From contig JAFWAE010000015.1 of the NCBI GenBank assembly GCA_017507855.1, positions 1,126 to 65,125 on the forward strand: 64,000 nt of DNA, read 5' to 3'. Below are positions 56,982-64,000 of the stretch, one piece after another; positions within the stretch are counted from its first letter, which is position 1, and each line of letters starts with the position of its first letter. Source of the stretch: Clostridia bacterium (lineage in GTDB: Bacteria > Bacillota > Clostridia > Oscillospirales > RGIG5554). Made by a program: the position numbers and the translations under genes. The notes under the pieces were generated by a model that saw nothing but the letters and a program-made list of their open reading frames with translations, did not search any database and was not told the origin of the DNA.

Positions 56982-58313
56982 TTACCTAAAAGGAAAGCCT
57001 CGGGGCATGCGCCCCCCGGAACGCCCCATTTTGCTGAACTGCTTCATCATTTTTTTCATTTGCTCGTACATTTTCAGCAAACGGTTGATCTCCTGAGGCG
57101 AGGTACCGCTTCCCTTGGCAATGCGCTGTTTTCGGGAAGCATTGAGCAGATCCGGCCGCTCCCGTTCCTCGGGGGTCATGGAAAGAATGATGGCCTCCAT
57201 GCGGTCGAATTGCTTTTCGTCTATTTGGGCACCCTTCAGGGCGGAAGCATCCACCCCCGGGATCATCCCCATGATCTGATCCAACGGCCCCATCCGCCTA
57301 AGCTGGGCAAATTGCTCCAGACAATCGGTCAGCGTAAAGCGGGATTCGCGGAAACGGCGTTCCGCCTCGGCCATTTTTTCCGCATCCACACTTTCCTGGG
57401 CCTTTTCGATCAGGGAAAGCACGTCTCCCATGCCCAAAATACGGGACGCCATACGGTCCGGGAAGAAGGGCTCTATATCTGCCAGCTTTTCGCCGGTACC
57501 GATAAATTTAATGGGCTGGCCGGTAATATATTTCACCGTCAACGCCGCACCGCCGCGAGTGTCGCCGTCGGTCTTGGTCAAGATCACGCCGGTAATGCCC
57601 AAGGCTTCGTGAAAGGCCGACGCCGCATTGACCGCATCCTGTCCGGTCATGGCGTCCACCGTTAAAAGGATCTCCGTAGGCGCCGTCTGCTCCTTCATGC
57701 GGCGCAGCTCATCCATCAGCACCTCATCCACGTGCAAACGGCCTGCCGTGTCCAAAAACACCATGTCGTTTCCGTGAAGCTTGGCGTGCTCGATGGCTGC
57801 CGCGGCGATCTCCACCGGGTCCTTTTGCCCCATTTCAAACACAGGCACACCCACGGCCTGCCCCACCACACAAAGCTGTTGGATAGCCGCCGGGCGCACT
57901 ACGTCGCAAGCCACCAGTAAGGGGCGCTTGCCCTGTTTTTTGTAATAGCCTGCCAATTTGGCGCAATGGGTGGTCTTGCCCGCGCCCTGCAGGCCGCACA
58001 TCATGATCACCGTGGGAGGTTTGGAGGCGATCTGCAGCTTGGCCTGACCGCCGCCCATGATGGCTGTCATTTCTTCGTTGACGATCTTCACGATCTGTTG
58101 CGCGGGGGTCAGAGAAGCCATGACCTCCTGCCCCACCGCCCGCTCGCTGACGGCAGCAATAAAGGGCTTGACCACCTTAATGCTTACGTCCGCCTCCAGC
58201 AAGGCCAGCTTGATATCCCGCATAGCGGCTTTGATGTCGGCCTCGTTCAGGCGTCCCTTGCCGCGAAGCTTTTTAAAGGTTTCGGAAAGCCGTTCTGCCA
58301 ATCCGGAAAACAC
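56982..58313 (-). CDS. ffh: signal recognition particle protein
   Basis: GLQGAGKTT, DTAGR, TKTDGD, Met-rich M domain. Confidence 0.95.
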   Translation of the reverse strand: MFSGLAERLSETFKKLRGKGRLNEADIKAAMRDIKLALLEADVSIKVVKPFIAAVSERAVGQEVMASLTPAQQIVKIVNEEMTAIMGGGQAKLQIASKPPTVIMMCGLQGAGKTTHCAKLAGYYKKQGKRPLLVACDVVRPAAIQQLCVVGQAVGVPVFEMGQKDPVEIAAAAIEHAKLHGNDMVFLDTAGRLHVDEVLMDELRRMKEQTAPTEILLTVDAMTGQDAVNAASAFHEALGITGVILTKTDGDTRGGAALTVKYITGQPIKFIGTGEKLADIEPFFPDRMASRILGMGDVLSLIEKAQESVDAEKMAEAERRFRESRFTLTDCLEQFAQLRRMGPLDQIMGMIPGVDASALKGAQIDEKQFDRMEAIILSMTPEERERPDLLNASRKQRIAKGSGTSPQEINRLLKMYEQMKKMMKQFSKMGRSGGRMPRGFPFR

Positions 58314-58331
58314 CTGTAAAATTCCTCCTGT

Positions 58332-58694
58332 TTAATCCTGCGTTTCCTGCGAAGCCAATTCGCGGATGCGCTCCAAAAGCGGCTCCGTTGCCGAACGGTA
58401 GGACGTATAAAGCAAGATCTCCCCCAGCTTGTCGCAAAGGGAAAGGATCTCCTCGGAAGCCTGTGCACGGCGGTCAAACTGTGCCATCAAGCCAAGTTTT
58501 TCCTCCATTTGGCAAAGCACTTCTTCTCCGCGCTTGATGCTGTCACGCACACCCTGACGGGTAATGCGGGCATGCTCGGAGATCTCGGCCAAAGACAGAT
58601 CCGCGTTGTAGTACAAATCAAACACATCACGCTGTTTTTCTGTGAGGATCTCCCCGTAAAAATCGAACAAACGGCCTACATGAAAGTCCTTCAT
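58332..58694 (-). CDS. ylxM: YlxM-type putative DNA-binding protein (UPF0122)
   Basis: LTEKQRDVFDLYYNADLSLAEISEHARITRQGVRDSIKR. Lies upstream of ffh. Confidence 0.8.
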   Translation of the reverse strand: MKDFHVGRLFDFYGEILTEKQRDVFDLYYNADLSLAEISEHARITRQGVRDSIKRGEEVLCQMEEKLGLMAQFDRRAQASEEILSLCDKLGEILLYTSYRSATEPLLERIRELASQETQD

Positions 58695-58751
58695 CTGTCT
58701 TTCGACCCCTTTCTGTAAAGCAAAAAACTTTACAGAAATATATTATACACA

Positions 58752-58779
58752 TTTTTTTGAAAAAGTCAAGGCCTTTTTG
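58752..58779 (-). promoter_or_regulatory. promoter of the ylxM-ffh operon
   Basis: Minus strand TTGACT - 16 nt - TATAAT. The transcript would begin at an 8-bp hairpin (CTGTAAAG/CTTTACAG, 58723..58745). Confidence 0.55.
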
Positions 58780-58823
58780 CAAAAAAAGAACGCTTTTGGC
58801 GTACCTGCAAAGCAGTTTTATTC

Positions 58824-58859
58824 AAAAAAGACATGTTCAACTTTGAGCATGTCTTTTTT
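58824..58859. terminator. free-standing bidirectional terminator-like hairpin
   Basis: AAAAAAGACATG (12-nt loop) CATGTCTTTTTT. Lies between divergent ylxM and the XRE-TPR gene. Confidence 0.55.
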
Positions 58860-59010
58860 GCTGCATGATTACGGCCTATGTGATACAACGTCTTTGAAAA
58901 TCAAAGCACAGCTATACTTTTATTCAACAAATAATTCGTGGAATAATTCTCAAAATGTAATATAATAAAATCACAAAAGCGCTTTTGAATCTTTTGGGGA
59001 GGAAAAAACT

Positions 59011-60102
59011 ATGTCTATTGGTTCTACCATCAAACGTTTGCGCCGAGAGAAGAATATTACGCAAGAACAACTTGCAGAGCATCTCGGAATCACATCGCGC
59101 GCAATATCGCAATGGGAGTGCGACCGAACCGCTCCCGATATTTCGCAGATCCCTGCACTCTGTCATATTTTTGATATTTCTTCGGATGTTTTGCTGGAAA
59201 TCGATATTGAAAAGAATAACGAAGAAATCAAAAAATACTTGAATACAGCACGCAACCTGTGTCACCAAGGAAAGTGGGAAGAATACACCGCCATTCTTCG
59301 TGAAGCAAACAAAAAATATCCGCGCGATTATAAAATCATGCAGACCCTTGCGGATGCAATTGTGAACGAATATTCCCGAAAAGGTATCGAGGAATACGGC
59401 GAGGTGTTTGATCTTTGCAATCGAATCCTTGCGGAATGTACCGACAGCACCACACGATATGAGGCGATCGACACACTCGGAACCGCCTACGGATACGCGG
59501 GTGAAAAAGACGAAATGATAAAGCTTGCTGCAGAAATGCCCAAAACTCGTTTTTCGTATGAAAACTTTATGGTATATCGCTGGAAAGGAGATGAAGGTTT
59601 TAAGGAACGGCAGGAATATATGCATTTTTTAGTTAATGAGTTGTTATCAATGATTCATTGTCTAAAAGGTCATTGTGATGACAACGGAAAAATGATATAT
59701 TCGTGGGAAGAAAGAAAAGAGCTGAATCAATTTGAAATAGCTCTTCTTGAATGTCTCTACCCGGACGGCGATTATCAGCAAAATGCATATTACGGTGCAA
59801 TGGCAAGTTATTTTATGTTTGAGGATCTTTTGAACAAACAAGACTATGATAATGCTTGGTATTGGCTTGAACGGTGTGTAGATTACAATGTTCATGCAGA
59901 TACTTTCGATTTTAATGCTCCGCATTCAACGCCCATCCTTCGCGGATATGCAAACAGCGGAGTGATTCCGGAAGCAAGGGGAAACTATTCACAATCCTTC
60001 CTTGATTGGATCACTACCGATGATGAAGTAGCTGTTTTGCGTTGCGATTCGCGTTATGAAGCTCTCGTAAATCGCTTAAAAAAAGTTGCAAAGAAACCGT
60101 AA
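59011..60102 (+). CDS. XRE-HTH regulator with TPR-like helical C-terminal domain
   Basis: GGGGAGG SD. ITQEQLAEHLGITSRAISQWECDRTAP HTH, then about 290 aa of helical repeats. AT-rich gene (24/60 G+C in line 59221). Confidence 0.75.
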   Translation: MSIGSTIKRLRREKNITQEQLAEHLGITSRAISQWECDRTAPDISQIPALCHIFDISSDVLLEIDIEKNNEEIKKYLNTARNLCHQGKWEEYTAILREANKKYPRDYKIMQTLADAIVNEYSRKGIEEYGEVFDLCNRILAECTDSTTRYEAIDTLGTAYGYAGEKDEMIKLAAEMPKTRFSYENFMVYRWKGDEGFKERQEYMHFLVNELLSMIHCLKGHCDDNGKMIYSWEERKELNQFEIALLECLYPDGDYQQNAYYGAMASYFMFEDLLNKQDYDNAWYWLERCVDYNVHADTFDFNAPHSTPILRGYANSGVIPEARGNYSQSFLDWITTDDEVAVLRCDSRYEALVNRLKKVAKKP

Positions 60103-60188
60103 ATAATTGCCTACCTTCGCGTAGCTTTGCTTTTGGGTTCCAAAAACACCAGGCGTAACACACCATACCCTGCGAAGCAAGGTGTTTG

Positions 60189-60226
60189 AAAAGGACAGAG
60201 AATGTAAAAACTCTCTGTCCTTTTGT
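60189..60226 (+). terminator. intrinsic terminator after the XRE-TPR gene
   Basis: Perfect 13-bp stem AAAAGGACAGAGA / TCTCTGTCCTTTT. Confidence 0.8.
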
Positions 60227-60232
60227 CGTAGA

Positions 60233-60250
60233 GGCGATTCACAAATCGCC
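60233..60250. repeat. REP-like palindromic element, copy 1
   Basis: GGCGATT caca AATCGCC followed by CGTTTTTGTTTT. Confidence 0.5.
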
Positions 60251-60279
60251 CGTTTTTGTTTTGCAATGTTTTTAGGCGG

Positions 60280-60297
60280 ACGATTCGCGAATCGCCC
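60280..60297. repeat. REP-like palindromic element, copy 2
   Basis: aCGATTCGCGAATCGccc. 15/18 identical to copy 1 (gcgattcacaaatcgccc). Confidence 0.5.
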
Positions 60298-60402
60298 CTG
60301 CAATAAACTGTTGCGTTGTTTCTGCTCTGACTTTTTTATTTGTATTCTGTTTATCGGCATAGCCTCTTTTGAACCCCGCCACTATGGCGGGGTTTCCGTT
60401 AT

Positions 60403-60436
60403 ACAACAAAAGAGCCCGCCGGAACGGACTCTTTTG
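60403..60436 (-). terminator. intrinsic terminator after the solute-binding protein gene
   Basis: Minus strand AGAGTCCG ttccgg CGGGCTCT (one G-U pair) followed by TTTTGTTGT. Confidence 0.65.
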
Positions 60437-60529
60437 GCTTTAGAAAAAAAGACTGCAAACACCCATTCAAACCGACCTGTTTCCATCGGCGCTCCTTTTC
60501 AGGTGCGCCAAATGTACAAAACGGATGAA

Positions 60530-62014
60530 TTACTCTGCGGTTTTGGGGACAGGGTCAATCTTACCTTGGAATTCGTCCAAAGCTAGCATAGTTGTTTCGT
60601 AAGCTTCCTCATATGCAACGGAGAAGTCAACGCCTTGCAACAAAACGCGATCAAGCAGGCCCTCGGCAAGGAAGCCTAGCACACCCTCGGTGGCGTAAGC
60701 GAGAGTATCGCTCACAGGGTCATTCACGAAGATCTGATGAGTCATTTTGATCATTTCAATGGATTCCTCGTCACGGGTGGAGATTTCAATGAAATCATAA
60801 ACGACAGGAAGAACCTCGTTATAATAGCCGCGGGTCAGAGCTTCCACGATCAGGCCGATGTTGTCTTCGTTGTTGGTATTGATGGGGATCATCATCATAG
60901 AGGTAAAGTGATCGATCACGCCGTAGTAGGGCTGGTCTTCCGTGAATTTGGGCATGGGCAACACACCGTAGTCGCTTTCCATTTCATGCCAACCCCAGAG
61001 ATTTTTGGTGAAGCCGTAGATAGGATAAGCACAGAACAGCTGTTGATCGGAGGGGAACATTTCTTGCAAATAGTAATTCCAGCCTTCGCCTCCGGAACGG
61101 TCGTAGGTCAACTGATTGGTCACAAAAGTATCGACCATCAGCTCCATCAGCTGGCGGTTACGCTCACCGGCAATATTGGAGTACCAGAAGCCGTCGTCGC
61201 GCTTTTCATAATAGGTGCCGCCGGCTCCCCTCCAGAAAGCTGTCATGGATTCAATCTGGGGACCGCCCCAAGCGTAGCAGTCGCGGTCATCCATGAGGTT
61301 GTCTCCGTTCAGGTCGCGGGTGGCCTTTTTGCCGTATTCGTTAAACAGCTGCAATGTCCACTTGCCTTCGCGAGCAATTTCGTACAGATCGGGCAGCTGC
61401 AGCTCTTCAGCCAGTTTCTTATTGAACAGGCAGACCCAGTTATCGGTATAGCAGTTGTTAAAAGCACCCTTCATGCCCATAAGCTTGCCATTCCACTCGG
61501 TACCGGCAGTTATGTCAGCATACCACCAAGGCTGAGTGAAATCCAGATAATCCACTTCCTTCAGATCCACCACGTTGTTGTTTTGATACCAATAACCGGC
61601 GGAGAAGGAGGCGGGAGCGATAATGTCGGCGTACTTATCGCCGGCCAGCAGGACGGGAAAGGCCGCGTCGTTAAAAACGGTACCCGTCTCAGTAAAGGTG
61701 AACACGCAGTTGTATTTTTCCTGAATGTCCATCAACACATTCATCTTGGCATCGTCCAGCGTATCGCCATTGCCGGTAGTGACGAAGTTGCTGTCATAAG
61801 CGTAGGCAATGAACTCATAGCCGTCCATGTCCACAATGGGAAGACCGTAATAGGTGTTCTCATCGGTAGCAGCAGGAGTGGTGGCGGGGGTAGTTGCGGG
61901 GGTAGTTGTGGGCGTGGTGGCGGGAGTGGTGGCAGGAGTTTTGGAGCAGCCTGCAAAGGCGGCCACGGCCATCATCACAGCCAGCATCAAAGCCGGGATA
62001 CGGAATTTGCGCAT
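60530..62014 (-). CDS. ABC-transporter-type extracellular solute-binding lipoprotein (orphan)
   Basis: Trimmed to MRKFRIPALMLAVMMAVAAFAGCSK (lipobox) behind GAAAGGAGA. TP-rich linker, then about 440-aa SBP-like domain. No permease or ATPase genes nearby. Confidence 0.75.
   Translation of the reverse strand: MRKFRIPALMLAVMMAVAAFAGCSKTPATTPATTPTTTPATTPATTPAATDENTYYGLPIVDMDGYEFIAYAYDSNFVTTGNGDTLDDAKMNVLMDIQEKYNCVFTFTETGTVFNDAAFPVLLAGDKYADIIAPASFSAGYWYQNNNVVDLKEVDYLDFTQPWWYADITAGTEWNGKLMGMKGAFNNCYTDNWVCLFNKKLAEELQLPDLYEIAREGKWTLQLFNEYGKKATRDLNGDNLMDDRDCYAWGGPQIESMTAFWRGAGGTYYEKRDDGFWYSNIAGERNRQLMELMVDTFVTNQLTYDRSGGEGWNYYLQEMFPSDQQLFCAYPIYGFTKNLWGWHEMESDYGVLPMPKFTEDQPYYGVIDHFTSMMMIPINTNNEDNIGLIVEALTRGYYNEVLPVVYDFIEISTRDEESIEMIKMTHQIFVNDPVSDTLAYATEGVLGFLAEGLLDRVLLQGVDFSVAYEEAYETTMLALDEFQGKIDPVPKTAE
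61865..61939 (-). repeat. Thr/Pro-coding tandem repeat (TPATT units)
   Basis: TPATTPATTPTTTPATTPATTPAAT directly after the lipobox Cys. Confidence 0.7.
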
Positions 62015-62052
62015 AAAAAATCTCCTTTCAAAATAAAACATGTTTTAAAACT

Positions 62053-62081
62053 ATTATACCCCCCCCCGTGCAATTTGTCAA
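62053..62081 (-). promoter_or_regulatory. consensus promoter with a G9 homopolymer in the spacer
   Basis: Minus strand TTGACA - aattgcacGGGGGGGGG (17 nt) - TATAAT. The C9 run on the + strand is 62059..62067. Confidence 0.6.
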
Positions 62082-62179
62082 TAAAGAAGGGCGAAAAAAT
62101 GGATTTTTTAGGCAAAATTACAAAAGAAAAATTTAGTTCTTTTGCAAAAAATCATGCGCTAAAGCGGCCAATCATAAAG

Positions 62180-62207
62180 CCCCGACAAATTTTGAAATCT
62201 GTCGGGG
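62180..62207 (-). terminator. possible terminator after the DUF1294 gene
   Basis: CCCCGACA (12-nt loop) TGTCGGGG. Weak T-tract (CTTTAT). Confidence 0.4.
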
Positions 62208-62219
62208 TTCATGATTAAT

Positions 62220-62510
62220 TTACGCCGCGTATATCAGCCACGCCAACAAAGCGGCCTGTACCAAAGCGATCAGTGGCATGCCCAGTACAAAATACCAATG
62301 GCGGGTCTTATGGCGAAATAACTGCATCCCCAATACCGCCCCCACGCCGCCGCCCAAAAGCGCCAGCGCAAAAAGGGTCTTTTCGGGCACACGGCGCCGC
62401 TGTTTTTTCGCCGCGCCCTTGTCTGCCGCCATGGTAAAAAAGGCCGCAAGGCTCATCACCGCCATGACCAAAGCCACACCTGTGCGCAAGTAAACAAGGA
62501 GATCGGGCAT
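62220..62510 (-). CDS. DUF1294-family small membrane protein
   Basis: AADKGAAKKQRRRVPEKTLFALALLGGGVGAVLGMQLFRHKTRHWYF matches the DUF1294 pattern as I remember it. Confidence 0.65.
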   Translation of the reverse strand: MPDLLVYLRTGVALVMAVMSLAAFFTMAADKGAAKKQRRRVPEKTLFALALLGGGVGAVLGMQLFRHKTRHWYFVLGMPLIALVQAALLAWLIYAA

Positions 62511-62513
62511 CCT

Positions 62514-64000
62514 TTATTCTCCCGCAATGAGCAGGGAATTTTTCCCCGTCATAGAACCGTTGGTAACGTTGGTCCTCACAACGGCGTTAAAATCTCCGTT
62601 CAGGATCTCGGCCAGGGACTCTTCAGTGGCTCCGCTGACCTGCACGTCTGTCAGCAGACAGCACTTCGAGCTGGCCAGAGTCACCCCGGAAGCCGTGGAA
62701 TTTTCCACCGTGATGTGGGAGCTGTTAAAATAGTTCAGCCCCGTCAACAGCACGCCCTTGGTGTTCACAGCCTTCAAATTGCAGAACTGGAAATAATCGC
62801 CGGACAAAGAGGCCGCCACACCCGCACAGTTTTCCACCGTCACGTCATTAAAATAGCTGTGTTTGACTTGGGTCGTCACGATTCCGCGGCCACCCATATT
62901 CTTCACCGTCAGGTTTTTGGTCCACACCGCCCAAAGATCGCGGAACAGGAAGCCGTCTCCGTTTCCGGAGCCCGCATTTTGCACCGTGCAATCCTCGTAA
63001 ACGGCACCGTAATTGGTCGTGGCTGAAAACGCCACCTTGGTAGCCTCGTTCCCTTGGTAATCCACCACCACGTTACGCAAAAACACGAAGCCAAAGAAAT
63101 CAGTAAACACAAAGGAGCTTCCGCGAGGGGACAGGCATTGCACGTTGTCAAAATGATTGTTGTAGATCAGCGTGGCGTTTTTCATGTTGGCATCCTTTAC
63201 AAAGGTGCCCGCACCCGTCACGGTCAGGTTGCGCACGCGGGTGTTGCGGATCCCCTTGCGGGAATTATCAAAATACATACCCACAGCCTTTTTGCTTGCT
63301 CGGGTCATGTCGATGTCCACGTCCGTCAAAGCCACGAAATTGTCCTTTAAGGTAAACAGATTTTCCGTTTTATCGGAAGCGATCAACAAAGCCGCCTTTT
63401 CGCCCGTGCCGCAAAGATGTCTGCCCTCAGGCAAGCTCAAGGCCGTCAGCACGTACCCCTTTTCCTTGGCGGGAACGCGTACGATGGCAAAAAGCTGCAG
63501 CGCTCGGGCAAAGGCCGCCGAATCGTCGGTCACACCGTCACCCCTGGCTCCAAACCAGGCAGGATCTCCCGCCACAGACTGGGGAATGCCTCCGATCTCT
63601 CCCTCTCCCCCAAAAACCTGGGCGGAGGGCAAAAGAGCCTGGGCGTTCAGGTACACCCGCACACCTTTGCCGGGGCAAAGCACGGCCCCCTCCTCCAGGA
63701 TCACCACCGTAGTTTTGGGCAGCGTGACGTTTTTATGAAACACATAGGTGCCTGCCGGGAAATAGACCGCGCCGAATTCCTTGGCCACCGCGTTGACAGC
63801 CGCCGAATCATCGGTCGCACCATCGCCCTTGGCGCCTTTTTCCTTCACGTTGGCGGCAAAAAGCTTGTAGGTCTGCTTCAGCGTGTCCTCCCAACGAGCC
63901 GACTTTCCGCTGTTGGGCTGGGCGTTGGCCCTGGCCAAGGCCAGGCGTCCCGCTTCAATGCGGGCAATGCAACGCTCAAAGGCCTGTCCCGCCGCCTCTG
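62514..64000 (-). CDS. right-handed beta-helix (pectate-lyase-superfamily/GH55-like) protein, 5' end possibly outside the window
   Basis: Two KGDGATDDSAA / RGDGVTDDSAA motifs. The reading frame stays open upstream of the TTG at 63938 to the window edge. Confidence 0.65.
   Translation of the reverse strand, partial: EAAGQAFERCIARIEAGRLALARANAQPNSGKSARWEDTLKQTYKLFAANVKEKGAKGDGATDDSAAVNAVAKEFGAVYFPAGTYVFHKNVTLPKTTVVILEEGAVLCPGKGVRVYLNAQALLPSAQVFGGEGEIGGIPQSVAGDPAWFGARGDGVTDDSAAFARALQLFAIVRVPAKEKGYVLTALSLPEGRHLCGTGEKAALLIASDKTENLFTLKDNFVALTDVDIDMTRASKKAVGMYFDNSRKGIRNTRVRNLTVTGAGTFVKDANMKNATLIYNNHFDNVQCLSPRGSSFVFTDFFGFVFLRNVVVDYQGNEATKVAFSATTNYGAVYEDCTVQNAGSGNGDGFLFRDLWAVWTKNLTVKNMGGRGIVTTQVKHSYFNDVTVENCAGVAASLSGDYFQFCNLKAVNTKGVLLTGLNYFNSSHITVENSTASGVTLASSKCCLLTDVQVSGATEESLAEILNGDFNAVVRTNVTNGSMTGKNSLLIAGE

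Noticed and set aside
58924-59625. 233-aa minus-strand ORF overlapping the XRE-TPR gene
   Set aside because: It is antisense to a gene with a clear HTH and SD. The product is F/I/K-rich, as expected from an AT-rich antisense frame, and it has no SD.
58863-60188. Cognate signalling-peptide gene for the XRE-TPR regulator
   Set aside because: The only tiny ORFs nearby are MQQKRHAQS on the minus strand and MFNFEHVFFAA inside the terminator hairpin. Neither has an SD or a signal sequence, so they are not credible.
60374-60392. CCCCGCC actat GGCGGGG hairpin as terminator of a hidden + strand gene
   Set aside because: I found no convincing promoter or ORF between 60263 and 60373. I treat it as an extra hairpin in a hairpin-rich spacer.
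60737-62218. 493-aa ORF on the plus strand
   Set aside because: It is antisense to the solute-binding lipoprotein gene, which has a lipobox, SD, promoter and terminator. The translation is G/V/H-rich and repetitive.
1-64000. CRISPR arrays, rRNA genes, transposases, integrases, prophage genes
   Set aside because: No regularly spaced direct repeats and no recognisable IS, integrase or phage structural motifs were seen anywhere in the window.

Overview
This 64-kb window looks like a Bacillota (Clostridia-like) chromosome with high G+C. All calls rest on motif recognition by eye; no searches were run. The ORF track translates TTG/GTG starts as M, so many starts were trimmed to SD-supported codons. 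Genes run on the + strand from 1 to 21.7 kb: HD-phosphohydrolase-dnaG-rpoD, a sortase, an uncharacterised envelope trio, cvpA, pgsA, a ClpC-like AAA+ protein, a YycH/YycI-like pair, a purine-type permease and an ArsR-HMA-P1B-ATPase metal module. From 22 to 58.7 kb they run on the - strand as long housekeeping arrays: prmC-mutY, rlmD-trmL-mnmA-nifU-nifS-rnhA, ricT-holB-darA, alr-femAB-queG, lepA-wecB, coaD-rsmD-uvrC, ptsH, an envelope cluster with murJ, and trmD-rimM-rpsP-ffh-ylxM. There is one tRNA-Leu(CAA). I saw no rRNA, CRISPR array, transposase or integrase. Two AT-richer accessory patches stand out. (1) 31.3-34.2 kb, abutting the tRNA-Leu, carries a PF09818/COG3044-type ABC-class ATPase with a duplicated N-terminal module. 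It is translationally coupled to a small XRE regulator and preceded by a palindrome-embedded promoter, a 17-codon micro-ORF and two tandem terminators. This is my best candidate for an undescribed system. (2) 58.7-62.2 kb carries an XRE-TPR regulator, REP-like palindromes and an orphan lipoprotein solute-binding protein whose near-consensus promoter has a G9 tract as part of its spacer, which suggests phase variation.
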